This document shows, piece by piece, positions 1 to 12,160 of a stretch of DNA of 64,000 bases. The stretch is from Epithemia pelagica (Eukaryota; Protista; Bacillariophyta). The stretch's first letter is position 1; every line of letters begins with the position of its first letter. The translations under genes and the position numbers were made by a program. The notes under the pieces are model-generated. The model searched no databases and was not told where the DNA came from. It was given only the letters and a program-made list of their open reading frames with translations. Where the stretch lies: NCBI GenBank assembly GCA_946965045.2, contig OX337242.1:372001-436000 (forward strand), in the 5' to 3' direction.

Positions 1-177
1 CCCTCACCCGTCGAAAACAAGGAGGTTATTGGCGGAGTAGTCGATGAGTCGGGTACCGCGGAAAAAGCAAGAAAAGAAGGCAGAGGAAGGAAAAAGAAAA
101 GTCGTACCGCAGTCGATGGTAAACCTCCGAGACCTGCGCGACGGGCCACCGGAGAGAAGAATCTCAATCCCGTTATC

Positions 178-1203
178 GTGTCCAGCACTTCCAGAGATTC
201 CGATAGTGCATTCTCCAACAAATCCGCGAGGTCGAAAAATTCGGATGCAGGTTCGAAAACCAAAAAGAAGACTCGACGAAACAACTCAATGGACACAGCG
301 TCTTCGAAATCGTCTCAGAGCTCGTCCGATTCAATCGCTAAACATCAGGACAAGCAACAAGAAGAACCTCCTCTATCTGTCGGCGCAGACTCACCAGCAA
401 CGGTAGAACCGTCGGACCGAAAGACGAAGCGCCGGTTTGCTGGTGGAAAACGTTCCGAACAAACTCAAGAGAAAGGAGGCCGTCGTCGATTGAAAGGCTT
501 TCTACGATCCGCCGTGGGACAAAAGTCGAACAATAACAATACTCAAACCATTGACAATGCCTCGGGACCCGCCAACCACAGCAACGAAATGAACCTGGAT
601 GACAAAACTGGTTCCAAGGCTGCAGAGAACACCCGCAGTGCTTCTCCGGTCGAAGATGTCCCTCAAAAGACCTCATCAGCTGCGAATGACAGTGAAAGTG
701 ACTGTTTTAGTGGTGTCGTCTCATCTGAAGAAGATGATAAAGACATTGTCCCAGACGCCGATACGAATCAACTAGTGTTATCAGTAAAACAAGTGAGATC
801 GTCAGCGATTGAAATCACCACTGCCGATTCGATGGACTCAGAGCTAGCGTCAGCGTTGCTGGAACAATCATCGTCCCGACTGACGGAAGTATCTTCCATG
901 GGAGCTGACTCCATGATGGACGAGGAAGTTGATGCGTCCTCCTGGAAAGTCAGCGTTCTAGACGGAGATACTTGGAACGCTGCAATCGACTTGTTGGGAA
1001 TATCCAGGGTGATGGGATGCGAGTGTCAAGATGACACGAGTCAAACAACCCCCGTAAATGCACAATTCTTTGACAATGCCATGACGGATTCGGCCCGTCA
1101 TGTCATGTCGCCCTGGTGGAATGATGAACGTCGATCCCGCCGAAAACCGTCCTCACGCAAGAGCCGTTCCAGACATTCCTATTCCGCATATGACCGAAAC
1201 TAA
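178..1203 (+). CDS. Hypothetical disordered S/K/D/E-rich protein (341 aa) with a conserved C-terminal DxWxxAxxLLG...TPVxAxFFDxAMxxSAR segment; start uncertain
   Basis: Long ORF with a GTG start (an upstream exon is possible); residues at 967-1104 align with the C-terminus of the 10340-11581 gene. Confidence 0.75.
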   Translation: MSSTSRDSDSAFSNKSARSKNSDAGSKTKKKTRRNNSMDTASSKSSQSSSDSIAKHQDKQQEEPPLSVGADSPATVEPSDRKTKRRFAGGKRSEQTQEKGGRRRLKGFLRSAVGQKSNNNNTQTIDNASGPANHSNEMNLDDKTGSKAAENTRSASPVEDVPQKTSSAANDSESDCFSGVVSSEEDDKDIVPDADTNQLVLSVKQVRSSAIEITTADSMDSELASALLEQSSSRLTEVSSMGADSMMDEEVDASSWKVSVLDGDTWNAAIDLLGISRVMGCECQDDTSQTTPVNAQFFDNAMTDSARHVMSPWWNDERRSRRKPSSRKSRSRHSYSAYDRN

Positions 1204-2102
1204 ATACCATCAACCATGTAACCAGATAATAATGTATACACATGTTTCGTGCCGAATTCCTCTGGAAAAGCGCTAGCATATTGTACGGTACACTAGACAC
1301 GGAGACTTGTCGTAGAGAGGCGGCACGTATCATGTATCATGTATCATGTCGTCCATTGAATGCACGATACATAACGCGACGTCATCGTTTGATTTCCTTT
1401 TCAACTTACCCATGGGACCCGATGAATAGGAATGAGTACAACAGGTCGATTTTTTCCCAGTTCCCTGAATAATCGGTAGATTGTTGTGGGGGAGACCTGC
1501 GTCCTTCTGGGGGTAGGCCTATCAGAAATCCAGAAGCAGAACTGCCCCTTTACACCGACGCATGAGCCCCCAAATCCGCCAAACATGTGTGTGACAGAAG
1601 TGACAACGCACAATGGCGCATCGGAGCTGCTCCATGTCGACAGATACCCACAACAGACGATACGTTGATTCCTCCTTTCAACGCTCTGACATCAACCGTT
1701 GAGGGGACAGCCAAAATCGTTGCGTCCTCGTTCTGTCATAATATGTTCCGTGTGCGAATTAACAACAGTTGAAATCATGACAGTGTTCCAGTCTGTTGAT
1801 TGGACGGAGCGCACGGACGCCCTTCAAGACATAGGACAAGCCCCACCCAGGGTTCACACGGCAACGCGCAACGTACACCAACGAATGCCCACAATTCTGA
1901 GAGGCCTATCCCAACGGCAAGAAATGGTATCACCTTCCCCGTGTTACGAATTTTTGAGGTGTCCTTTAGCGAGTCTCTGTGCACATCGAATTGTCTTGCC
2001 GTGTTGTTCTCTCCTTGTAAGAACCAACCCACATGAAACTGTGCTTCCATTAATACAACAAATCCCTCCTGATTCGGGCTTCCCTGCTCATGGTACATCA
2101 TC

Positions 2103-5100
2103 ATGATGAGGCGACATCGTTGGAACGATGATCTACAGCAACCACAGTTGCAGGATCGGACAATGTCCAAGACGGAGAGCTATCGTGACAGTCCGCAAAT
2201 CCACGTTGTCACATCCGACTTGTCGTCCCGGAAATCTTCTCGCCGGTTGACTCCCAAGAATAACAGCAGTAGCCCAATGAGAGCTTCCATGACGGAAAAG
2301 ACAGCTCCGCAGCAAAGTTCTTATGCCGAGCCAGTGATTGTAAATACAGATTATGCTGTTAGAAAAGAACGAGAGAAAAGCCGACTTCGGCCCATCAAAC
2401 CACCACCAGCCCATCGCAGAACAAGAAGTACAGGTGCTGGAATGGCTAGGGCGCACAGTCACCTGGTGTTTGCCCCTGATGCTTTTGATCAAGAGGGGAA
2501 TCAACTAGAGCATCATCAACAGCAACATGACGAGGAACGAGAACCACGAGATGAACCTCAAGCGAGAAAAGGGTCACCAAAACGGAAATCAAAAGACACG
2601 TTCAAGCCAAATCCCATCGCCCTCAAGAGATGCCCAACTCCTGTAATGGTAGTTTCCATGAATGACGCCGACAAGAACCCACCAAGGGCCCAGAGAGGCA
2701 CCGCTGGTCGGAAGAATAAGGGTGCACCGGTAAAGCTTATTCCAGCAATCTATAAGGAACCCACTTTCCTTGCAGTGAACAAAAAGAAACTCAAGAATCC
2801 TGCTATAGAAGCTAAGCGACAACAGAGTGAAGACACCAAACCCACTTCGTTTGTTCGCTTCACCAAGGTTGCGAATGAGAAACGTTTTGATGAGCACTCG
2901 GTACCTTCCCAGATTTCGGAGGACGATACGGCAGAAGTGGTACTCAAGTTCATGCAATCGGCAGATGATCGGAGCGTTAGCACAATCGATTTTCACGAGT
3001 ATCTTAGTCCCACAATGATGCAAGCGGCAGTCGATGATCTCATTGATACCGCTGGAAATTTCATGGACCATGCATGGTGTACGAGCCTTGCCACTCCTGC
3101 CGTGATGGCGACACCTTCACAACCATCCAAACTGGCTGAAAGCAGACAAGAGAACATGATCTCGATGATAAGCTCAAGATATTCCTGTGGGGACAATCCA
3201 GTAATGGATGGTATGAGAGAAGACATACCGGATGTGGACCACCTTTGTCGCTCCATGGCCGTGGGTATCTCCTCTAGCACGGCCATTGAGCAGTTCTCTT
3301 CTCAGGGAAGAGAAAAAGATGGCAAGGAGAAAGACGACGCAAATGCGTTGGAAGATTTGCTCGAAGCACCGGAAGAAGAGATTGTATTCCAGGGAGAAGG
3401 GACCAGTCAAGAAAAACGAACGGATATGGATCAAGACGAAGAATTGGATTCCGTCTTGAACCAAGATGCGAGACCAACTGTTGACACCGAACAAACGTCC
3501 CTGGGATCTACCAAGACTGCTCCGGAGGATTCGTCCACTCCCATTAAACGCTTCTTCTCTGCGGTTGGCCTGTGGAGCACCTGGGCGAATACACTGACTT
3601 CTGATACTCAAGAAACAGCCACAGAAACAAAACTTGAACCAAAGGAGGGAGACAAACATGAACCCCAAGATGCCAAGGCCGAGAAACCGGATGAGAAACG
3701 TATCTCGTCGGACGATGAACCGAAGAGCGCTGAAACCGATATCAAAGTAGATGGCGGTGCAGAAGATGAAGGAACGCCCAAGCAAGATGGCAATGATTCG
3801 CACGACCAGGAACCGGAGCATGGAGATGGCGATGCCTCTGCTGCCAAATTCAAGTTGCAAGCACCAAAACTAGCCAAAGGACCGCGGACAACGGACCGCA
3901 AACACAGTAATCTCATCAAGCAGAGAAAATCACAAGACTCACAGGACACTCTCAGTACAAAGAAGAAGAAAAGTAGTGGATTCCTAGCGGCCAGTAAACG
4001 ATTCAGTAACATACGTCGCCAATTGAGACAAGACAAAAAAGAACCGGCCGAGAAGAAAGCCAAAGAAGGGTCTACATCTTCGAAGAATGAGGAATCGAAA
4101 ACCCCACCGAAATCTATGGAAAACAATGAACAAGGTACGGGTTCAACTCTGAAGCAAGCAACCGATGAAGGCCTCAAAGTGAATGAGAACTTGCTGGTCC
4201 AGACAAACGAGGGACTTGTGGAATCAACTCAAGAGAACAATTCAAAAGTGGAACGAGGGCATCTTGGCCCTATGGACCGGGCGGTTGATCCAGGCAAGCA
4301 ATCGATTCCGATACTCCGAGCATGGAGGCGATTGAATCGAACAAGCTATTCTGTTCTGAACGAACCAGTGACAGACTTTTCGAAAACAGACACCAGGCAC
4401 CACGACCATTTGACAAGCGAAGGAGTATCAGAGTCCAATGAAGATTCCTTGGTGGAGCACGTACATGATTTGGCAACGAAGAGCGATATTGCTAGTCTCG
4501 AAGATGACGAGTGGAGACCTAATGTTAGCTCGGAAGGCGAACATGAAACGGCCAAGTCACCAAACCGTGAATTTACATACACAGCAGAATCTGGCCCCGC
4601 AAAACGCGAGGAGGAGTCGGACGTCTCCGAAATTCCTGACCCTCCGGAAGGGATGCCAGGTCTTGATGGCTCACCGAAACCATCTTTTGGAACAGAGTCA
4701 TTCGACGCGTGTTTGAACGAAAATGAAACCCGAAGACACGACGCTTCACCAGATCAATCCTTGGAATTGAATCGCGATCAGTCACCTGTTCCTGAAGCAA
4801 TCGACCCAGAACGTTTCAAATCTCTTCCTTCTGCTGAACATGAAGAATACGACAAAAAGGCGGCGAAGGGATATGTGGGTTCATCTTGTACAAGTGAAAA
4901 TCAAGAACCCTTGAATATCACGTCGAAACAAGAGCCCGACCGTCCCATGACAAAAGAATCGGTGTCGGATTCGTCTCGTGGGGATATTCCTTCTTCGAAA
5001 TCAACTTGTCAACCTCCCAAATCTATTCTCCGCTCTCCAACCCTGAAAGAAGATTTGGGAGAAGGAACAACGTTCAAGTCAAACGCCACAGGTGAAATTA

Positions 5101-5660
5101 CACCCAGCTCACTGAATGTTTCTGACCCACCCAAGGATATGATTGACAGTATCGAGGATAGTACACATTCAGAACACGAACTTTCCCTTCAGGCAGATCG
5201 ACCGTCGGTTACACCGTATGATGCCGGACATGCGCATGGGACAACCAATGAGAGAAATGGCTTCTTTGCCCGTAGACAGCGGACGATGGATTCCCGTGCT
5301 TCTGTTCATAGCGGCGGCCGTGCAGCACCCAATTCTGGTGCTATTCAAGATCAGGCAAAGTCAAGTGGATCATTACCGTCAAAACGCGACGGTAAGCTTT
5401 CTCACCATCTCTTGACATCGCCATCGCAAGACAAAGGCGAGAAAAGTCTGTCTGTTATGATTGACATGGAAAACACAGTACTTTTTGATATGGACCCTTT
5501 TGTGTCGGATGAAAGATCACACTTTTCCTACGTGTCCTCGTTGGATTCCTCCTCCCTCTTTCTCATGAATGAAACTGAGATCAGTGAGACGTGGAAGTCG
5601 GCTGTTCACGAACCACTGTACGACGCAAAACCGAAGTGGGTGCGAAGAACGGCAAGTTGA
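2103..5660 (+). CDS. Large hypothetical intrinsically disordered protein (1185 aa)
   Basis: 3.5-kb uninterrupted ORF with an ATG start; S/E/K/D/P-rich; no recognisable domain or signal peptide. Confidence 0.8.
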   Translation: MMRRHRWNDDLQQPQLQDRTMSKTESYRDSPQIHVVTSDLSSRKSSRRLTPKNNSSSPMRASMTEKTAPQQSSYAEPVIVNTDYAVRKEREKSRLRPIKPPPAHRRTRSTGAGMARAHSHLVFAPDAFDQEGNQLEHHQQQHDEEREPRDEPQARKGSPKRKSKDTFKPNPIALKRCPTPVMVVSMNDADKNPPRAQRGTAGRKNKGAPVKLIPAIYKEPTFLAVNKKKLKNPAIEAKRQQSEDTKPTSFVRFTKVANEKRFDEHSVPSQISEDDTAEVVLKFMQSADDRSVSTIDFHEYLSPTMMQAAVDDLIDTAGNFMDHAWCTSLATPAVMATPSQPSKLAESRQENMISMISSRYSCGDNPVMDGMREDIPDVDHLCRSMAVGISSSTAIEQFSSQGREKDGKEKDDANALEDLLEAPEEEIVFQGEGTSQEKRTDMDQDEELDSVLNQDARPTVDTEQTSLGSTKTAPEDSSTPIKRFFSAVGLWSTWANTLTSDTQETATETKLEPKEGDKHEPQDAKAEKPDEKRISSDDEPKSAETDIKVDGGAEDEGTPKQDGNDSHDQEPEHGDGDASAAKFKLQAPKLAKGPRTTDRKHSNLIKQRKSQDSQDTLSTKKKKSSGFLAASKRFSNIRRQLRQDKKEPAEKKAKEGSTSSKNEESKTPPKSMENNEQGTGSTLKQATDEGLKVNENLLVQTNEGLVESTQENNSKVERGHLGPMDRAVDPGKQSIPILRAWRRLNRTSYSVLNEPVTDFSKTDTRHHDHLTSEGVSESNEDSLVEHVHDLATKSDIASLEDDEWRPNVSSEGEHETAKSPNREFTYTAESGPAKREEESDVSEIPDPPEGMPGLDGSPKPSFGTESFDACLNENETRRHDASPDQSLELNRDQSPVPEAIDPERFKSLPSAEHEEYDKKAAKGYVGSSCTSENQEPLNITSKQEPDRPMTKESVSDSSRGDIPSSKSTCQPPKSILRSPTLKEDLGEGTTFKSNATGEITPSSLNVSDPPKDMIDSIEDSTHSEHELSLQADRPSVTPYDAGHAHGTTNERNGFFARRQRTMDSRASVHSGGRAAPNSGAIQDQAKSSGSLPSKRDGKLSHHLLTSPSQDKGEKSLSVMIDMENTVLFDMDPFVSDERSHFSYVSSLDSSSLFLMNETEISETWKSAVHEPLYDAKPKWVRRTAS

Positions 5661-6216
5661 AATTTAGCAGTAGAAAGACATGCGCACTCAAAGATCAAAG
5701 CAACCGTGGTGAAACTCCATTAGTAATTCAATATTAGGAATTCTGTTCAGAGGCTGCACCAAGTTGTTATAGGTTTTCGTACGACATAACGAGTTACTCG
5801 GGAGTCCTAGGTAGGTAGATTGAACTACTCGTCTTTTGAAAGGAGAATGCTCCTAGTTTTTCCGCGAGCACAGACAGCACAGCAGTCGCACAAATACTGT
5901 GCTCAAACGAGGTGCTCCTTGTGCGATTGCAAGCAATGGGGACCATGGCAAATGGCAACTGGCACCATGCGCACCTCCTGCCTGTTCTCCCGTCGAAAGA
6001 AGCAAGAGCACGCTCCAACTCTCTGCCTTTTTTCGATCTCGATTCAACGTCTTTTTGGAGCACCAACAAATAATAATGGAGGATGCATCAGTGCTTGGAT
6101 TGGGTATACTTATATATTTTTCTTTCGACAGCAAGCTTCAACGCAACGAAGAGTTTGGTCTCATTGGAACTTGTATGTGTTAAATCCAATTCCACCAGAG
6201 AGCGGTACAAGACATC

Positions 6217-7011
6217 ATGAAAGAAACTAATGTACAGGTTGCAATCTTGAGCGAAGGGCATTCGTTTGAGCTTGTCAAACTCAATCCTCATGGCATGAAA
6301 AGGCTTACCACGAGCGCTACTCGCCCCATACAAGAACGCTTTGGTACCAAACAAAACTGGCAGCAACTACTTCAGCTCCAAACCCTCCGCGAGAGCCATC
6401 CAGTCATTTCCAAAAAGGACCTGCTGCATTCTGTCAGAATTGCATCCATCGAAGATAGAAATGACATTGGAGAACTTGTGTCCATCAATGCACGAGAAAA
6501 ACGGGACGGTCATCCATCTCGCTCCAAACGAAACAAAAGTAGCCCGATGTGTTCACGCAAGACTACCAACACCCGTGTGCCAAGACTTCCACCGAAAAAG
6601 CGTCCCCAGAAACATCAAACGTTACAACCATTCTCACAAGGAGAAAAATTGCCTGTACTGAGAGAACAAGTTCACGAAGACGAATCGGTCAGCCCCGAAC
6701 CTTTCATGTTCGAGAGAAATGATAACGATGTACGAGATGACGTTGATGCAGCCTCGCATTATTACGATGACGATACAATCAGTACCAGTGGCTCCATCTA
6801 TGCTCGAAACAATGCGAGCGCTACCCCAGAAGTCGTGGTCGAAATTCCTTCCACCTGGAAACAACAACAACAACAAGACGACGACGAAGAGTCCGAGGAA
6901 AACTTTGTGGCCGTTCTGAGCATGGAAGAGGCATTCGAACTTGTCGAGATTAGTCCTACCATGAAAGCTCAGCTGATGATGCAACGTCCCCAATTAATGG
7001 AGGACAGATAA
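6217..7011 (+). CDS. Hypothetical protein (264 aa) with a C-terminal VAVLSMEEAFELVE motif
   Basis: ATG-initiated ORF; the motif is shared with the 19778-23458 protein. Confidence 0.7.
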   Translation: MKETNVQVAILSEGHSFELVKLNPHGMKRLTTSATRPIQERFGTKQNWQQLLQLQTLRESHPVISKKDLLHSVRIASIEDRNDIGELVSINAREKRDGHPSRSKRNKSSPMCSRKTTNTRVPRLPPKKRPQKHQTLQPFSQGEKLPVLREQVHEDESVSPEPFMFERNDNDVRDDVDAASHYYDDDTISTSGSIYARNNASATPEVVVEIPSTWKQQQQQDDDEESEENFVAVLSMEEAFELVEISPTMKAQLMMQRPQLMEDR

Positions 7012-7568
7012 CCATGATGTAGCAAACACCGATTGGATCGGCATTGGCTTTATCATTTGCTGTTCAATTGTAACCCCAATATTGTGTGTTAGAACCTAAG
7101 TTACTTTATCTCATGAATGCTTTTCTATCATTCGCCGAATCGTTGAGCACAAACTAGGATCATGACAATGATGTAGCATTCAGGATCACAGACTCTAGGA
7201 AAGCGTAGGCAATTTGCCTGTTGGACATGCAGACAGATCATTTCTGTAGAATCCATCTTGTTCTGACAACGGGCCGTTGGAGCAGCTAGTTGCGCCATGA
7301 AAATCACCCTGTGCACGTGGGTTCCATAATCAAAGAACTGCGCCATACCACCTCGACACATGGACAATTTGTGCCTCAAACTCGTGTCTCTATTTTTTCC
7401 CTCAGAAACATCAAACACAAGAGGTGTCATCAGGATGACCAGAAGTATCCACCCATACTTTCACAGTTTTTCGGACAAGACGGTTGATGGAAGGCAACTT
7501 TGAAAACGTCAATCACTCAAACCAAGATTGTTGCTGAAGCAAGACATTGACGCTGTCACTTTACTAAC

Positions 7569-8114
7569 ATGAATGAAATCAAGAACGCCCAGCGAAAACT
7601 GCCAACAACACCGAACAAGCGCATGTCACCACGACCGGAGACACCTGGCTCCAATCGATGGACCGGTCAACGAACATGGCCCATCTCCGCAAAGCAAGTT
7701 GACCGTGACCACGGATCTAGTGATACTGACTCAACGGATGTGAGCTCTCAATCCCATGACGACGACAGTTCAAGGAAATCCCAGGACTCCAAAGCCACGG
7801 GCACTTTCTCCACCTACAGACAGGATCATCGGAAGGAAGATACTCTGTTATATCACATGTACTTAAAGGCTGAGATCGAGCAGCTGAGTCTTATCTCAAG
7901 ATTTGAGGACAAAGAGGAGTTCCTGGATATAGATGTGGCGATACAATGGATATGCTTTCAGTTAAAAGGATTCGATGAAGAGACAGAGGAAAATGATCTT
8001 GTGATAAGCGACAGCAGAAGCGTTGCTCAAAGTACCAAAGAACGAAGTCATGAAGCGGACAATATTCCGGAATATATTTCATTTCATCGGTCTGACGCCG
8101 GGAGGGTCTTCTAA
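7569..8114 (+). CDS. Hypothetical protein (181 aa)
   Basis: ATG-initiated ORF with a disordered N-half and a helical-looking segment YHMYLKAEIEQL...DVAIQWICFQL. Confidence 0.6.
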   Translation: MNEIKNAQRKLPTTPNKRMSPRPETPGSNRWTGQRTWPISAKQVDRDHGSSDTDSTDVSSQSHDDDSSRKSQDSKATGTFSTYRQDHRKEDTLLYHMYLKAEIEQLSLISRFEDKEEFLDIDVAIQWICFQLKGFDEETEENDLVISDSRSVAQSTKERSHEADNIPEYISFHRSDAGRVF

Positions 8115-8726
8115 CGATGGCCGATTGCCTTCGTGATCTTCTGTTAAGAAACAAAGCTGTTCAATTCGTTTTAGGTAATGAATATTAGTTTCGCTCCTAG
8201 GGGTTGTGTGTTTGTTCTTCTACGATCTGATGCGTCGTTCCAAATGACGACGGAAGGAGTTCACATTGCAAGGTTGATCTCAAAAAGAATACCTCGCATT
8301 GATAGCAATGGTAACGGCCATTCCTTTTCGTATTTTGTTCGTTCTTCATTCTTCAGTGAGAGTCCCTATTGAATGCCAAAAAGCAATCGCACCTATCTGT
8401 TGCAGTCATTCGACGGCGAACAAAGCCAATACATCGCAAAATTTTGTGGAAAATGTGCGCAACGGTCAAACTTACCGTAAGGGATTGCGCGCCGCGCGCT
8501 CAGAATCACGCCAAATAAATAAGTGTCACACCCGGCGCGTGAAAAATTACTTTGTTGCACTACAGGCGCGCCAACGGTCATGAGTTCCGTCAGAGTTATG
8601 CGCCACGTCCGCGCACAGACATGCAGCATATTCAAGACTCAGTCACATCCTCTTCATACAATATACTACTTATAGAGTGGCTATTTGGCGATGTCATAGT
8701 GCGCGCGGTGCAGTTCGTTTACGGGG

Positions 8727-8797
8727 TCCGGGGGACGAAAAATTCCACCGCGATAGATAATACTACGCTATCGCGGTGGAATTTTTCGTCCCCCGGA
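8727..8797. repeat. Perfect 30-bp inverted repeat with an 11-nt spacer
   Basis: tccgggggacgaaaaattccaccgcgatag (8727-8756) is the exact reverse complement of 8768-8797. Confidence 0.95.
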
Positions 8798-8908
8798 GCC
8801 CATATGGCAAGGATGTTCGACCGCGCACATTTCAATAATCACCGAGCACGTGGTGAACACATTTTTCCTCGGAAAGATTGAATCTATCTTCATGTCTCCC
8901 ATCCATCT

Positions 8909-9475
8909 TTGAAACAGAGCCATAAGAGGGTCTGGTATTGTGGTCCAAAGGACTTGAAGGAAGGAGAAGAAATCATGGTCAAGTCGGTTTTCGTTCCACC
9001 ACGAACAGGACGACGAATAATCTACAAAGAGGAAAACAAGAGCAGTAAAATAGGAAGCAAGAAATCCAGCATGAAGAACAAGAACTACAACCATACCTCC
9101 GACAACCGCGATGACACCGAGGAGACGGAAGGCCTGTTTCTTCCTCCAAGCTTTGACCGTGGAGAATCTGTCATCACCACATCAATCGACGATGACGGAC
9201 TCGACTACGAACCTCGGCATATTGAGAAGTACCGAGAATCATCGATGTTCAACTCCTATGAACGCTCGATAAAGAGGACGGTACAGTTCCAGTATGACAA
9301 AGACGCTGACGACGACTCTCTATCCGAATATTCCAAGTTGTCAGAGCCCTTTGCCGCCTCCCTCAATATCTTGAGGGATACATGGCTGACTAAAGCTGAG
9401 ATTTTGGGCTGCACGGACGACGTTGAGAAAATGGAAGACGAAGACTCTTCCAAGCGGACTTTCTGGCTATTTTGA
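8909..9475 (+). CDS. Hypothetical protein (up to 188 aa) with KRTVQF and LRDTWLTKAEILGC motifs; start uncertain
   Basis: ORF with a TTG start (first ATG near 8975); motifs are shared with the neighbouring genes. Confidence 0.65.
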   Translation: MKQSHKRVWYCGPKDLKEGEEIMVKSVFVPPRTGRRIIYKEENKSSKIGSKKSSMKNKNYNHTSDNRDDTEETEGLFLPPSFDRGESVITTSIDDDGLDYEPRHIEKYRESSMFNSYERSIKRTVQFQYDKDADDDSLSEYSKLSEPFAASLNILRDTWLTKAEILGCTDDVEKMEDEDSSKRTFWLF

Positions 9476-10339
9476 TTGCGTCAATGGAAAGGGAAAACCT
9501 TCACCTCCCACCATCAGCTTTCGTCCTGGGTAACCTCATCATTGATCCTCAACTGTTCAATTCCATATACGCTACATTTGATATTGTCATGCATGTTCCT
9601 TTTTAGCCAGAAGTATATAAGTTCGTGTTATTATACATTTCGAGTATCGCCTTATTGTGAATGAACATTGGTTAAACATTGTTAGCCGTTCACAGGACAG
9701 GGATTGCTCAGACAAAGATAAAGTACGATGGAAATGTTCTTTCAGAGACGATTTGACTTGTACCGTTTCGTTAAGACCGACAACAGTTTAAGCTAGACAG
9801 GGGAGTAGCCCGTTCCGCCTCTAGACATGTAGAATAACCATTGGGCTTGAACCTTCATGGGACATTGGGATTTGGTGATTGTGAGTCGAAATAATTGCCC
9901 CATGCGTTGGATTGTACACATATTGTACATCAGCTATCAGCTCGTACACTACGAACTTATAGTATTCTCTAGGAGTAAAGAAAAGATGTGTTTTCCTGTC
10001 TGTGTCTCCCCACGCGCGCACTTTTCTCCCAGTTACTTTCTCTCCAGATCTTTTGGGCCGCGTGCGCAATCGTTCTCCTCCTCCTATCCATCTTTCTAGA
10101 GAGGGCATGGTGCACTGCGACGTCAAGGTTCGCAATCCAACGGAACCACCAATCTCAACGCCTGTTGTTCGCAGAAATTCTCCCAACAGCAAAGGCTTGT
10201 ACAAGCTTGTAGGAGTCTCCAACTAAAAATTAAGAAACGTCACGCACCAGAGGTCACAAAGCGGCCGACCACAAGAACAACAAGAACAACAAGAAGAAAA
10301 CCTCATTATTTCTTCTTGTAAATCCATCAGTGTACCACA

Positions 10340-11581
10340 ATGCAGGAATCATCGGCCCAACCAAAGCAAACATTCTCCTCCTCCTCACTTCTTGAAACAA
10401 ACAAGAACCGTGCCAGTCGAACCGCCATTGCCAAGAGTCTTGGCAAGAAGAAGAACAAAACCAAGAGTCGGTCGTCGGCAGAAACAAGTGCCACTGGAGA
10501 CCTACCAACCGATCTGCTCAAAAGACAACGGCAACAAAAACGGCTTTCCTTGGAATGGATCCGTTCCCAGGCTACCAAGTTGGCGACACGGAAACATCCC
10601 AAACGATTGGCCGTTCTTGCTGTCAGTGTACGTGCGAGGAGAGAGAAAGAGAGAGAAAGTCTACGATATTTTGAATGGTTGGCGGAAATTCTCACACAAA
10701 CGATTTTTTCTTGTTTGCTTGGCTCTCTCGTCATGCTTGTGTGTATGTGTATGTAACGCCAACAGAAGAGAAACAAGGATATCTTGCAGCAAGAGTCGAA
10801 TGTCACGAATCAAACCTGCAAGACGACTCGTCCCGACGCATTGTCTCTGTTCATCCCCACTTCATCCGACAAGGACCATGCCACACCTACCACAGGCGAC
10901 GAGGTGACAACCAAACCACGCATCGTCACAGACCCGGAGGCATCCAAGGACACGGTTGAGCCAGACCAAGGCGAGGCCCCTATTGTCTCCCTGCAGGGAG
11001 ACGACGACAACGACGAAAGAGTGAAACAAGAGGCGGCCCTTAAAATTGTTGGATTCCTCAAGAAATGTTCAGCTCTGAGTCGTGACGACGCAGATAATGA
11101 CAGCAACACGGATTCAGAGGATTCGGATTCGGATTCGGAGACTTCCAGTTGGTCGGGACAAATGGAACAAGCCATCAAACGGGTGGCCTTTGATGATGAT
11201 GATGATGAGGACTACGATGACACGGACCAAGGCACGTGTGATTACAATTTGAACTTGACCGACGATGACGACGACACTCGGGGAGAACTGGTTCAAGCCG
11301 CATCGTCGTACGAATCTCTGAACGAATCGGATACCAAAGACGAAGCGGAGGAGGAGGAAGAATCGCCCTTTTTGAGAGATGCGTGGTTGTCGGCCGTCGA
11401 ACTCTTGGGCTTTTCCAAATATGTCGCCGAAGCCGAAAACATGAGTCAATTGACACCAGTCGATGCCGCCTTTTTTGACAAGGCCATGGATCAATCGGCT
11501 CGATACATTGCCGGAGACTTTACCACGACCCCCAAACCCTTGCGAGACCCGCCGCAGTCCATTGCCTTTCGTCGATTCTAA
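10340..11581 (+). CDS. Hypothetical acidic protein, predicted two exons (10340-10627, 10790-11581; about 359 aa); paralogous C-terminus to the 178-1203 gene
   Basis: A phase-0 GTACGT donor at 10628 and a TTGCAG acceptor ending at 10789 join two ORFs in frame; contains KRVAF and LRDAWLSAVELLG. Confidence 0.7.
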
Positions 11582-12160
11582 CCCACACACAATTCTTGTC
11601 CATCGACCTATCTATATATACAAACAAATTCATCCTGTATTTGTCTGTTGAGGGAATCTCTCTATAACATTATGTCTTACTATATAGCTCCATTCATTCT
11701 TTTCTTCTCTAGTGTCTACGCTGTCATTCGATCCATCGAGACCGGAGAGCTCCCTCTCCTTCTTGCTTGCGCCCTCTGTTAGTTTTTTTCTGAGTTTGTG
11801 AGGGCAAGTTTGGGGGATGCAACGGATGGACCATAAGAAGAGTTTGGGGGATGCAACGGATGGACGATACTTATGTGCAATTATGGGTGATCGATTCGGT
11901 GCTCGGACTCGTTAACTCGCGAAAGATATGGGCCCTTTCGCCAAAGTGCGTTACCTACATCAGTCCGCTGTCACAAAATGCGTTAAGTGTTGTGTGGCGC
12001 GCGTCTCTCCTTCCATCAACGCATGATGAGGAATGAGGACTGCCGCTCCTTTCCTCGCACCAGAAAGTGGAGACACATTCTCTCTCATTCATTCTTCTCA
12101 ACCGACCTGAGATTCCCCAGAGGTGGAGGCAGAGCAGCATCGTCCACTATCATTATCATC

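Noticed and set aside
10002-10226. 74-aa ORF between cluster genes
   Set aside because: It has a non-ATG start, no motif and several overlapping alternative ORFs; it cannot be supported without expression data.
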